Shown here in pieces: positions 29,364-38,150 of a stretch of 64,000 nucleotides of DNA. The stretch's first letter is position 1; each line of letters starts with the position of its first letter. Both the position numbers and the translations under genes were made by a program. The notes beneath the pieces were generated by a model that searched no databases, had not been told where the DNA came from, and worked only from the letters and a program-made list of their open reading frames with translations. The DNA lies in NCBI GenBank assembly GCA_965199495.1, contig CBDASK010000003.1, forward strand, positions 2,720,001 through 2,784,000, read 5' to 3'. Source of the stretch: Abditibacterium sp. (lineage in GTDB: Bacteria > Armatimonadota > Abditibacteriia > Abditibacteriales > Abditibacteriaceae).

Positions 29364-31331
29364 GTGTTTTCTCGTTTTCTGCTCGCGCCCGCCTTGCTGG
29401 CCCTAACAGCCACGGCGGCTATCTCCACGGCGCACGCGGCGCCGCTCACTTTTCTCGATGACGAAGCCGAACCCGGCGGTTACGACGTAACAGCCACCGT
29501 CACGGCGCCCGCGCAACTGGCGTTGTCGCAGCAGGAAAATGGCGACGGCTATAGTTTTAAAGTCGCGCCCGGCACGCTCGAACTCGATGTGACGAACAAG
29601 GGCGTAACGCGGGTTTTGGAGCGCCAAAACAATTTAAATTTCCAGTTTCCCCTTCAGTTGGTGGCGCAGCGACGCGGGCGGCGCTGGAACTTTATGCTGA
29701 ACGGCAAAAGTGGGTTGCGCGCCGAAGACGAAGACTTTAGCGACGGCAAAATCGGCTTTTCGGGCGGCGTTAAAGACGCCAAAGTGCAGCCGGTCGAGCC
29801 GATTACCTTTGACGACGATTTCATGCGCATCGCCAGCGATGTCGCGATGAAAGACGCGATTGCCAATCCGCGCAACGGCGTCACCATCAAGGGCGCCGCC
29901 ATCACCGAAACGATTTGGACGACTTTAACCGGCGCGTGGGCGACGACGGGATTGACCGAAAACGATGCCGCGCAGGTCGCGCAAAGTGCCAATCCGTTCG
30001 CGTTTCGCGCGATGAACAAAGGCGACAACCTCGCCGTGGCTGGTCGTCCGTTCTGGAGCGATGTCGAGTTCTCGGTTTCGGTTGCGCCACAGGGTGCGCA
30101 GGAAATCGGACTGTTACTGGACGTGACCGACGCCCGCAATTATCTCGAATTTAGTTGGGGCGCCGATTCCGACCCGATGCTACGCGCGGTTGCCGACGGA
30201 AAAACTTATGTTCTGGGTGCGGCCAAAGGTTATGGCGGCTACGAGCAAGACCAATGGACGCGCCTAAAATTCACCGCGTCGAACGGCGCTTTGACCGCCG
30301 CGATTGATGATGTGCAAGTCGTGAGCGCGCACTCCGGTTGGGGCGGACGCGGCCAGATCGGTTTGCGCGCCCAATTGCCTGACGTGGGCGACGACAAAAA
30401 AGGCATCGGCGCCGTTTTCGATGACGCGCGCGTGCGCACACTCGACGATTTTCGCGACAATTTCGGCGCCGTCGTGCCCGGTCGCTGGCAACCCGTCGTC
30501 GGAAAATGGAATTGGAAGGGCGCCGCCAAACCGCTCGATAGCGGCAGCGATTACGCTGTCACGGGCGAAACCAGTTGGGCGAATTACACCGTTTCGGGCG
30601 ATTTGAACGTGCCAACAAACGGCGCGACGGGCTTGCTCAGCCATCATATCGCGGGCAAAGGCGCCTATTTGCTGCGCGTTGGCGGCTCGAAGTCGCCCAT
30701 CGCGCCGGGTGAGGTTCAACTGGCGCGCATCGGCGGCGGCAAAACGCAAATTCTGGGCGAGATAAGTGTCGGCACGCGCTACGATAGTTCTAAAATTAAT
30801 TGGGAACTGGGCGAAGAAAACGGTTATCTCAGCGCGCGCGCCGACGGCAAATTAATTTTGGATGCGTTCGACGAAACCTTGCCCGACGGGCGCGCAGGCG
30901 TTTACGCGCAAAACGGCAGCGTCGGTAATTTCGCGGTCAAGTTCGACACAACGCGTCCGACGTGGGCCAAAGTGCCCGAACTTTACGAAGTCGAGCAGCA
31001 GGCCGCGACAATGGGCAGTTGGTCAACGCCGCAGGGGTTCTGGCTGGCGAGCGGCGCCGGAGCGGCCCAGACGTGGGAACACAAAGGCGAATTTTGGGGC
31101 GATAGCGAAATCAATTTTCCTCTCCCCGATTTGAGCGGCGACAAAAGCGCGCAACTGACTTTGGGCGCGCTCGATGTGAAATTCAACGCGAAGGAAGTTG
31201 CGGTCGGCGACGCCAAAGGTTCGCTCAAAGACGTAAAGGCGGGCGTGCCGATGGAAGTCGCGCGGCGCGGAAACTGGGCGATCGTGCGCGCCGATGGGAA
31301 AGTTGTGTTGGCGGCGAAGGTTGGAGCGTAA
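29364..31331 (+). CDS. Secreted protein with repeated beta-sandwich (LamG/DUF1080-like) domains
   Basis: Signal peptide ending AHA; repeated G(K/Q/R)(I/A)G motifs, WTRLKF, FDDARV. Confidence 0.6.
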   Translation: MFSRFLLAPALLALTATAAISTAHAAPLTFLDDEAEPGGYDVTATVTAPAQLALSQQENGDGYSFKVAPGTLELDVTNKGVTRVLERQNNLNFQFPLQLVAQRRGRRWNFMLNGKSGLRAEDEDFSDGKIGFSGGVKDAKVQPVEPITFDDDFMRIASDVAMKDAIANPRNGVTIKGAAITETIWTTLTGAWATTGLTENDAAQVAQSANPFAFRAMNKGDNLAVAGRPFWSDVEFSVSVAPQGAQEIGLLLDVTDARNYLEFSWGADSDPMLRAVADGKTYVLGAAKGYGGYEQDQWTRLKFTASNGALTAAIDDVQVVSAHSGWGGRGQIGLRAQLPDVGDDKKGIGAVFDDARVRTLDDFRDNFGAVVPGRWQPVVGKWNWKGAAKPLDSGSDYAVTGETSWANYTVSGDLNVPTNGATGLLSHHIAGKGAYLLRVGGSKSPIAPGEVQLARIGGGKTQILGEISVGTRYDSSKINWELGEENGYLSARADGKLILDAFDETLPDGRAGVYAQNGSVGNFAVKFDTTRPTWAKVPELYEVEQQAATMGSWSTPQGFWLASGAGAAQTWEHKGEFWGDSEINFPLPDLSGDKSAQLTLGALDVKFNAKEVAVGDAKGSLKDVKAGVPMEVARRGNWAIVRADGKVVLAAKVGA

Positions 31332-31394
31332 GTTGGACTTTGTAGCGAACGCTTCGCTTGTAACAGTAGTGAAGTAACAGTTTGAGTATGAAAG

Positions 31395-31576
31395 GTTCGA
31401 TTGTCATTCCGAGAGTAAGGAGCTTGCGACTGGAACTGAGGAATCTTATGCCCGCGCGGCAGCGCAGGTTTGAAGCGCATCTACGTTTAAGGCAAAGTAT
31501 GACTTCCGCTGGCGCGGGGCCGTAAGATTCCTCAGTTCCAGTCGCAAGCTCCTTACTCTCGGAATGACAATCGAAC
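31395..31576. repeat. Long palindromic element (GTCATTCCGAG...CTCGGAATGAC family)
   Basis: Perfect 54-bp arms at 31395-31448 and 31523-31576 between convergent genes. Confidence 0.9.
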
Positions 31577-31624
31577 TGCGATGAACTTCCTTAACTCAAC
31601 GCCGCTCACCCATCAAACTCACGC

Positions 31625-33373
31625 TCACGAACCCGAAATTCGCATATCTTTAATCGTCAACTGCAACGAGACCTGCCCGCGATATTCGTTGACTTCGGGC
31701 ACGAACAGACAATCCACGCTATCACCGCGCTCGAATTCGCTCAAGCGGTCGGCGCTACGCCACCAAATCCATTCGATGGATTGTCCTTCAACCATCACGC
31801 GGCCTTTGGAATGATCTTCCTTGAGCGGCCAAATCGTCTGCAAACGCGCGCCGCGCATCAGCAAAACCGGCGAGTGATTGCCGGTTCCGCACGGCTCCAA
31901 CTGCACCATTTCCTGCGCGAGTTGCAAGGTCACGTCGCGGCCCGGCGCTTCGCAGTCGGCGGTGTGGCGCGGCACCAATTCGTCCATCGAAAGTTTGTCG
32001 GCGGCGTATTCGAGCGCGTGTTCCTTGAATTCGGGCAAACGATGCGTTTCCACGGTTAATCCGCACGCTCCGGCGTGGCCGCCGCCCGAAACAATCAATT
32101 CGCGCGATTCTTCGAGCAACGCGTGCAAATCGAAATCGGCGCACGAGCGCCCCGACCCATGCGCGTGGCCGTTCTCGATATTGAGCGCGAACGCCGGGCG
32201 ATGATACTTGTCCACCAACTTCGCCGCCAACAATCCAACCACGCCGCGCCGCCAGCCCTGACCCGCCGCGATCAATAAACGGTCGCTCGACAAATTCGCC
32301 TCGCGCTCGACTAACTCGTGAGCTTCAATCAGCGCCGAATCGGTATCGGTGCGACGCTGTCCATTCAAAGCCTCGATTTGCGCGGCCAAATCGGCGCATT
32401 CGGCTTCATCGTTGGACAATAACAAGCGCAGCGCTAACGTCGGCGAATCCAGACGGCCCGCCGCGTTGAGGCGCGGCGCCAATTTAAACGAGACATCACC
32501 GCCGACATAAAACCCTTTGTCGCGAATATGGGCGCTTTCGATGAGCGCGCGCAACCCTTTTTTGCGCGTGCCGTAAAGTTGATGCAAGCCGCGCGCGACC
32601 ATGTAACGGTTTTCGTCGTGGAGCGGCACGCAGTCGGCGATGGTCGAAAGCGCCACCAAATCCAAATAGCGCTCGCTAAATGAGTTGAGCGCGGCGGGCT
32701 GATAACGCTTCAAAAGCGCGGTCATCACTTTATAAGCCACGCCGCAACCAGACAATCCGGTGAACTCGTATTTGGAGCCTTCGCACTTGGGGTTGACAAC
32801 AGCCACGGCGTCGGGCAAGCCCGATTCGTCGGGTTCGTGATGGTCGGTGATAATCAGGTCAATGCCGACTTCGCGCGCGCGCCGCGCGGCGGGCGTGGCT
32901 GTGATGCCGCAGTCGGCGGTCACGATTAAAGAAATTTTGCGCGCGACCGCTTCGTCAATCACTTCGACCGTGAGGCCATAACCTTCGTCGCGTTCGGGCA
33001 GGCGAAACGAAACCTGTGCGCCCAACTTTTGCAGACTGCGCACCAAAAGCGCCGTCGAAGTGATGCCGTCCACATCGTAGTCGCCGAAGATTAAAATATG
33101 CTCGCGGTCAACGATGCCTTTCCACAAACGGTCAATGGCTTTCTCGATGTCAGGCAAGTCGGCGGCGTCGCGCAAAAGTCCGGGATGGGGCGCGAAAAAC
33201 GCTTCGATGGCCTGCGCGCTGCTATGACCGCGCGCGCGCAAAATGGCGGCGCTGACGGGCGAAATGTTCATGCGCGCCGCCATGCGACGGTCGCAAGCCT
33301 CGACCTGAGTGAGGGCTTGCCAGCGCGCCGAAGGCGGGGCAACGGGTGGAGCGGGGGAGGGAAAAGCAGCCAT
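31625..33373 (-). CDS. recJ: ssDNA exonuclease RecJ
   Basis: GDYDVDG, TADCG, TDHH, STIADCVPL..ENR, PRLNAAGR, GSGRS, GGHAGACG. Confidence 0.95.
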   Translation of the reverse strand: MAAFPSPAPPVAPPSARWQALTQVEACDRRMAARMNISPVSAAILRARGHSSAQAIEAFFAPHPGLLRDAADLPDIEKAIDRLWKGIVDREHILIFGDYDVDGITSTALLVRSLQKLGAQVSFRLPERDEGYGLTVEVIDEAVARKISLIVTADCGITATPAARRAREVGIDLIITDHHEPDESGLPDAVAVVNPKCEGSKYEFTGLSGCGVAYKVMTALLKRYQPAALNSFSERYLDLVALSTIADCVPLHDENRYMVARGLHQLYGTRKKGLRALIESAHIRDKGFYVGGDVSFKLAPRLNAAGRLDSPTLALRLLLSNDEAECADLAAQIEALNGQRRTDTDSALIEAHELVEREANLSSDRLLIAAGQGWRRGVVGLLAAKLVDKYHRPAFALNIENGHAHGSGRSCADFDLHALLEESRELIVSGGGHAGACGLTVETHRLPEFKEHALEYAADKLSMDELVPRHTADCEAPGRDVTLQLAQEMVQLEPCGTGNHSPVLLMRGARLQTIWPLKEDHSKGRVMVEGQSIEWIWWRSADRLSEFERGDSVDCLFVPEVNEYRGQVSLQLTIKDMRISGS

Positions 33374-33516
33374 GATGATTTTTAAATTTGTAAGATAAAG
33401 GTTACCAGATGCCGCCCGGTGGCTCCTTTGAACTCGCTCAAAAATCGAGGGAATCCCCCATTTTGTCCCTCATAATTTCGTCGCCAGTCGCAAATCGGGA
33501 AAACTCTCTCGCACCT

Positions 33517-34086
33517 ATGTCGCAATCTTCTTTAGCCGTTTCGCCCGTCATTAAAACCGAATTGGATAAAGGCGAGCGCGTGTTGTGGACGGGCCAACCC
33601 GACGCCGCGCGCCTGATGGAGCGCGCCTTGCCGGGCGCGGCGTTCGGCGTTTTTGGCCTGTCGTTTCTGCTGTTTTGGATGTGGGGCACGACCAACGAAT
33701 TGCGCCAAAAACTGAGCGCGGGCCTCACGCCCGATTTGCTTAATATTTTCTTTGCCGCGCTCGGACTCGTGGGCATCGGCTTGACGCTAATTCTAATTAT
33801 TTGGCCTTTTTTAGAACATAATCGCGCGCCCCACACTTTTTATGCGCTCACCAACCGTCGCGCCCTAATCATCGTCGAAGGCGTGGTTGAGAATCGCGTG
33901 CAAACCGTGAAGCCCGCCGAATTTGCCCTCGAACGCCGCGACAAAACCGATGGACGCGGCGATCTGATTCTTAAACGCGAAGTGAACAGTCAACCCGGCA
34001 GACGCTACGCCGACACCGAAATCGGATTTTTCGGCATCGAGAACGTTGCGCACGTCGAAAATTTGGCGCGCAAAATTAAAGCGTAA
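33517..34086 (+). CDS. Two-TM membrane protein with PH-like C-terminus
   Basis: LDKGERVLWTGQP, two TM segments, YALTNRRALI, GRGDLIL, GFFGIENVAHVE. Confidence 0.7.
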   Translation: MSQSSLAVSPVIKTELDKGERVLWTGQPDAARLMERALPGAAFGVFGLSFLLFWMWGTTNELRQKLSAGLTPDLLNIFFAALGLVGIGLTLILIIWPFLEHNRAPHTFYALTNRRALIIVEGVVENRVQTVKPAEFALERRDKTDGRGDLILKREVNSQPGRRYADTEIGFFGIENVAHVENLARKIKA

Positions 34087-34097
34087 ATTAAGCGATA

Positions 34098-34222
34098 GCT
34101 TGAGATTTTTTTACCACAAAAACACAAAATGTTGGAAGAACAACGCTTAATTTAAAGCAATCTCTTCGCTCTCTTTTGTGCTTTTTGTGAATTCTATGTT
34201 TTGTGGTAAAAAAATCTCAAGC
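34098..34222. repeat. Palindromic element (ACCACAAA...TTTGTGGT type)
   Basis: GCTTGAGATTTTTTTACCACAAAA / TTTTGTGGTAAAAAAATCTCAAGC arms between convergent genes. Confidence 0.8.
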
Positions 34223-34252
34223 ACTCCCTTTGAAAATAGCGCGGCTATAAAT

Positions 34253-35053
34253 TTAGCTCAAGCCCATTTTCGCCAGATAATCGTAACTTGATTTGAGACA
34301 ATCGAAACCGTCGCGATAGCATTTGTCCTGCTCGATGGCAATCCATTCGACGCCCGATTGCAGGCACGCCGGAATCAGGTGCGCCCAGTCCATGTTGCCC
34401 TCGCCAATCGGCGCCATAATCGGCTCTTGACCGTCCATTTCTTTGTCCTTAATGTGAATCACCGGCATTCGGCCTTTGCATCTTTCAACGATGCGCTGCG
34501 GGTTGGCGCCGCCGTGCGCCAGCCAATACAAATCGAGTTCGAGCAGCATATCCGGGTTGCCGCAATCGATAATCAAATCGAGTAGGGTGCGCGGCTGGCC
34601 ATTTTGGTAATCCACGCGTTCCAACTCGAAGGCGTGATTGTGATAGCCAAAGCGCACGCCGCCCGCCTTGAGTTTGGCGATGACCGGCGCGGCATCGTCG
34701 CAAAAACGGCGATAACCATCGGCGCCCGCTTCCTTATATGCTGGCGGAATGCCGCCGATGGCGGTGAAGTCGCAGCCCAACGTTTGGTGAAATTCGATTT
34801 CTTTGTCGGTATCGTCGCGCAACTGCTCCCAACTGCGGTGGGTGGCGATGCACTTCAAGCCGTTATCATCGAGAATTTGTTTGGCCTGATTCGCATCAAG
34901 TTCGGGATTCTCGCCGTTCATGGCGCCGACCGCCGAAAGTTGCACGGCGGTGTAACCCATCTGGGCGATGCGCTCCATGCTAATTGTGAAGTCGGCGGCG
35001 GTCTTGAGGTGATCGCGCAAGGTGTAAAGTTGGACAGCTAAATGATTGGCCAT
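34253..35053 (-). CDS. Sugar phosphate isomerase/epimerase (xylose isomerase-like TIM barrel)
   Basis: AVQLYTLRD, GYHNHAFE, ELDLYW, IHIKD, IGEGNMDW, IEQD. Confidence 0.85.
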   Translation of the reverse strand: MANHLAVQLYTLRDHLKTAADFTISMERIAQMGYTAVQLSAVGAMNGENPELDANQAKQILDDNGLKCIATHRSWEQLRDDTDKEIEFHQTLGCDFTAIGGIPPAYKEAGADGYRRFCDDAAPVIAKLKAGGVRFGYHNHAFELERVDYQNGQPRTLLDLIIDCGNPDMLLELDLYWLAHGGANPQRIVERCKGRMPVIHIKDKEMDGQEPIMAPIGEGNMDWAHLIPACLQSGVEWIAIEQDKCYRDGFDCLKSSYDYLAKMGLS

Positions 35054-35082
35054 AGAGCCATATATTTTAGCGCGTCTCGATG

Positions 35083-35245
35083 AATAAGCCACAGAGTTCG
35101 CAGAGAACGCACAGAGGGGCACAGAAAAGCCCGAAGAAAATAAAAGAAGCAGAGAAGAGATATTTTGTATTTTTCTTTTACGCTCTATTTTCTTTGGGCT
35201 TTTCTGTGCCCCTCTGTGCGTTCTCTGCGAACTCTGTGGCTTATT
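35083..35245. repeat. Palindromic element built of (CA)CAGAG / CTCTG(TG) subrepeats
   Basis: AATAAGCCACAGAGTTCGCAGAGAACGCACAGAGGGGCACAGAAAAGCCC with its reverse complement ending at 35245. Confidence 0.9.
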
Positions 35246-35293
35246 TTTGGAAGTGAAGCCCCATTGCACACGCGATTGTTATGCTATTACGCG

Positions 35294-36292
35294 ATGCACC
35301 AAATCGAGCGTCTTATCGAAATAGATCGTCGCGTCCGCGCCGGACTGAAGCCACGCGCGGACGAGTTGGCCGACGAGTTCGAGGTATCGCGGCGCCAAAT
35401 CTATCTCGACCGCCGCAAACTCATCGAAATGGGCGCACCCCTAACGCGCGATGTTGCCGGTGGCTGGGTGTATAGCGAGCCAAACTGGATTTTGCCGTCG
35501 CAGTTTTTGCGCGAGGGCGAATTGCTGGCGTTCTTTTTGTCGGTCGAAATCGCGCGCAGCCAGGGCAACGCCGGATTGCAAACTCAATTGCAAAACGCCG
35601 CCAGCAAAATCGCTAAAAGTCTGGGCGACATTATTTCGGTGGATTTAAACGCGTTGCGCAATTCGACGAGCTATTCTTTATCGCCCGCCGCCAGCGTTGA
35701 CGCCGAATTGCACGCGCACATCTGTCGCGCCATCGCCGGGCGCCGCAAGCTGCGCATGAGCTATTTCACCGCGTCGAGCGGGCGCCAGAGCGAGCGCATT
35801 ATTCATCCGTATCATCTGTATATGGCGCGCGGCGAGTGGATTTTGATCGCCCACGACCAGAGCAAAACCGCCGATGACGCGCCGATTCGCTGTTTCAACA
35901 TCGCGCGCATTTCGGGTTTGCAAGAACTCGTCGGGCGCGACGCAAACTTCCAAATCGCGCCCGATTTCGACGCCAAAACCTACATCCGCGAGATGTTCAC
36001 CGCCGAGCGCGGCGACGAACTGCACGCCGTCGCCATCTGGTTCGACGCGCCCCAAGCCCGCTATATCCGCGAGCGCGTCTGGCACGAAAACCAGACCATC
36101 GAAGAACATTCCGACGAAAGCCTGACGCTGCATTTTCGCGCGAGCGGCCTGAACGAAGTCGCGCGCTGGACGCTGAGTTATGGCCGTCACGCCCGCGTGG
36201 TTTCGCCGCCGCAACTGCGCGCCATCGTCGCCGATCACGCCCGCGAGTTGGCCGCGATTTACGCCGATGTCACGCCGCAAGAACAGTTATAA
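35294..36292 (+). CDS. HTH-WYL-WCX transcriptional regulator
   Basis: ELADEFEVSRRQIYLD, ERIIHPYHL....WILIAH, RCFNIARI, WTLSYG....VSPPQLR. Confidence 0.9.
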   Translation: MHQIERLIEIDRRVRAGLKPRADELADEFEVSRRQIYLDRRKLIEMGAPLTRDVAGGWVYSEPNWILPSQFLREGELLAFFLSVEIARSQGNAGLQTQLQNAASKIAKSLGDIISVDLNALRNSTSYSLSPAASVDAELHAHICRAIAGRRKLRMSYFTASSGRQSERIIHPYHLYMARGEWILIAHDQSKTADDAPIRCFNIARISGLQELVGRDANFQIAPDFDAKTYIREMFTAERGDELHAVAIWFDAPQARYIRERVWHENQTIEEHSDESLTLHFRASGLNEVARWTLSYGRHARVVSPPQLRAIVADHARELAAIYADVTPQEQL

Positions 36293-36302
36293 TTTTTCAC
36301 CT

Positions 36303-37049
36303 ATGCGACTTCATTTTCAACTTTCGCCCAATCTCCAGTCGGTGGATTTCAACTACCATCATTTTTTGGCGGGCGCCGTCCACCGGTGGCTCGGCCCCGA
36401 CAACGCTTATCACGACGGCCTGAGTTTGTATAGCGTGGGCAACTTGCAGGGCGGTTTCGCCGTTCGCGGCCACGCTACAAGCAGCCACGGCCAAGGTCAC
36501 GGCGGCGCCTTGAGCTTCCGTAGCGGCGCGCGCTGGCACATTTCGGCGCCCGATACCGATGGCGGCACCGAGTTTCTGGCCCAAATCGCCAACGCCGCGC
36601 TGCAAAATCCGAGCGTGTGTTGCGGCATGGAAGTCGTCGAAATTTCGAGCGAGAACACGCCCGAATTCGGCGCCAAACGCGTGTTTCGCGCGCAAAGCCC
36701 GATCTTCATCCGGGGTGACAAAGACGGCGAACTCGACCCGCACATCCTCTTCGACAACCCGCAGGCGAGCGCCTATCTGACCCAAACGCTGCGCCACAAA
36801 CTCGACAAAGCCGGATTAAACCATCTCAGCGAAAGCGTGACTGTGCGCTTCGATTTGAGTTATCCGTCGCCCAAAACGCGCTTAATCCGCATTAAAGAGG
36901 GTTTCGACCAAAACGGCAACCGCAAAGATTTCTGCAAACGCGCCAGCGTGTGCCCGGTAATTATTGAGGGCGACGCGGAAGCCGTGCGTTTCGCCTGGAA
37001 CGTCGGCGCGGGCAATCTCACCGGCATGGGTTTCGGGAGTCTGGTTTAA
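36303..37049 (+). CDS. cas6: CRISPR endoribonuclease Cas6
   Basis: HRWLGPDN.YHDGLSLYS, SPIFIR, FAWNVGAGNLTGMGFG G-rich loop. Confidence 0.9.
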   Translation: MRLHFQLSPNLQSVDFNYHHFLAGAVHRWLGPDNAYHDGLSLYSVGNLQGGFAVRGHATSSHGQGHGGALSFRSGARWHISAPDTDGGTEFLAQIANAALQNPSVCCGMEVVEISSENTPEFGAKRVFRAQSPIFIRGDKDGELDPHILFDNPQASAYLTQTLRHKLDKAGLNHLSESVTVRFDLSYPSPKTRLIRIKEGFDQNGNRKDFCKRASVCPVIIEGDAEAVRFAWNVGAGNLTGMGFGSLV

Positions 37050-37073
37050 TGGAACTTCTCAAAGAACGTAAAG

Positions 37074-37170
37074 GTTCCTGCGGCCCGAAGACTCGCGCCA
37101 CGACCTGCCGTATTGAAGAGTTCCTACAGGGACGGTCTTCGCGACTGGATATGGGTAGGGCCGCAGGTCA
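37074..37170 (-). ncRNA. Putative structured RNA, unit 1 (DUF3800-associated)
   Basis: 10-bp closing stem CCTGCGGCCC/GGGCCGCAGG; flanks GTT and TCA shared with unit 2; strand inferred from the adjacent gene. Confidence 0.55.
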
Positions 37171-37247
37171 ATTTTTTCCCTTCTTTAGCTCGAAGTCCAG
37201 TCAAGCGGAACTTTCGACGGTTGCGCGGCATCTTAAACAGCGTAATT

Positions 37248-37356
37248 GTTCCTGCGATCCGAATCTCCGCTCCGGCAGTAGCCGGGCTGACGATACGTTG
37301 CCTCTCGGCGTATGCTGCTTGTCAACAGCCTTCAGTCGCGATAGGATCGCAGGTCA
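37248..37356 (-). ncRNA. Putative structured RNA, unit 2 (DUF3800-associated)
   Basis: 10-bp closing stem CCTGCGATCC/GGATCGCAGG, compensatory relative to unit 1; several internal hairpins. Confidence 0.55.
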
Positions 37357-37375
37357 CCCTCTATTCGCTTCGTTT

Positions 37376-37711
37376 TCAGCGAGTGACGATCAAATTATTT
37401 GTGTCGCTCGCCATCTCCTTCAAAAACTGGCGCAATGCCGAAATTTTGATTTTCCCCATCGTCTGCCTTCGCAACGTGTAGGCCATAATATCGGCCAACT
37501 GAATCATATTACTGGTCTGAGATTCTCTAACTCGCGCATTGAAGCGGCTTCCAGGATGAATTTCTCGGTGACACCGCTTCAATGCGGTTTCAAACGCCTG
37601 TTGCGCGCTCTTGCCTTCATTTTCGGTGTCGCACCACAAATCTCGCACAGGAGCAGGTTCTTGGAGTCTGGTATGAGGAATTACTTTTTTAAGGAACAGA
37701 AGGCGGTTTTT
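37376..37711 (-). pseudogene. C-terminal remnant of a DUF3800-family protein
   Basis: ESQTSNMIQLADIMAY motif; frame closed by TGA TGA at 37717-37712; no N-terminal DESG-type motif found. Confidence 0.6.
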
Positions 37712-37741
37712 TCATCAACAGGAAAAACAAGCGTTGCGACC

Positions 37742-37770
37742 TTGACAAGCATAACGCGACATCCTAAGAT
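37742..37770 (+). promoter_or_regulatory. Near-consensus sigma70 promoter
   Basis: TTGACA (37742-37747), 17 nt, TAAGAT (37765-37770), then GAAGGAGGAG Shine-Dalgarno. Confidence 0.8.
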
Positions 37771-37795
37771 TATCTCCGAAGGAGGAGAATATCCA

Positions 37796-37978
37796 ATGAA
37801 TATGCGTTTGGAAATCGAGACGCAAGTTCTGATTTTTGCGCTCTTGGGATTGGTTGCAGTCATCGTTGCGGTTCTGTTTTTTCAGTCCAATGCCACACGG
37901 CTCCAAACAGTAGCCAAAAGTGGTCAGCAACAAATCTCGATAGATGTAGAACGGCCCATAACCAACAATACCAAATGA
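37796..37978 (+). CDS. 60-aa single-TM peptide (candidate CRISPR-repressed toxin)
   Basis: Strong promoter and SD; MNMRLEIETQVLIFALLGLVAVIVAVLFFQSNATRLQ... Confidence 0.65.
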   Translation: MNMRLEIETQVLIFALLGLVAVIVAVLFFQSNATRLQTVAKSGQQQISIDVERPITNNTK

Positions 37979-38020
37979 TCAAAACACTGCATTTTTCTGT
38001 GATTGGGTTGCTTGCAACTC

Positions 38021-38099
38021 GTTTAATCGAACCTTTGAGGTATTGAAATATGAAAATGCGGTTGATGAGAAGATCGGGAAGATATTCGATGTTTTCCCG
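38021..38099 (+). ncRNA. crRNA-like regulatory RNA: solitary diverged repeat, guide and 3' hairpin
   Basis: GTTTAATCGAACCTTTGAGGTATTGAAAT (38021-38049) keeps the array's ATTGAAAT handle; following bases match 37796-37810 except positions 6 and 12; hairpin at 38075-38099. Confidence 0.75.
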
Positions 38100-38150
38100 G
38101 CTTCGATTCTTAATTAAAGCCTCTATTTTCAGCAGAGAAATCTTCGTGCT

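Noticed and set aside
37044..37073. GTTTAATGGAAC at the cas6 stop, resembling the solitary repeat
   Set aside because: Only the 5' 12 nt match, partly dictated by the GTT-TAA codons, and there is no ATTGAAAT handle.
37049..37978. 309-aa ORF directly after cas6 as a novel cas gene
   Set aside because: The first ~250 codons run antisense over the structured units and the DUF3800 remnant and cross a promoter. Only the last 60 codons have a promoter, SD and protein-like character.
37986..38020. 35-nt stretch before the solitary repeat as a second spacer
   Set aside because: The upstream handle (ATCAAAAC) is weak and I found only a 7-nt match, in the leader. Its ACTGCATTTT could instead pair with the guide's AAAATGCGGT.
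38091..38119. Possible second degenerate repeat closing the guide
   Set aside because: About half identity only and it overlaps the hairpin arm; cannot be told from chance.
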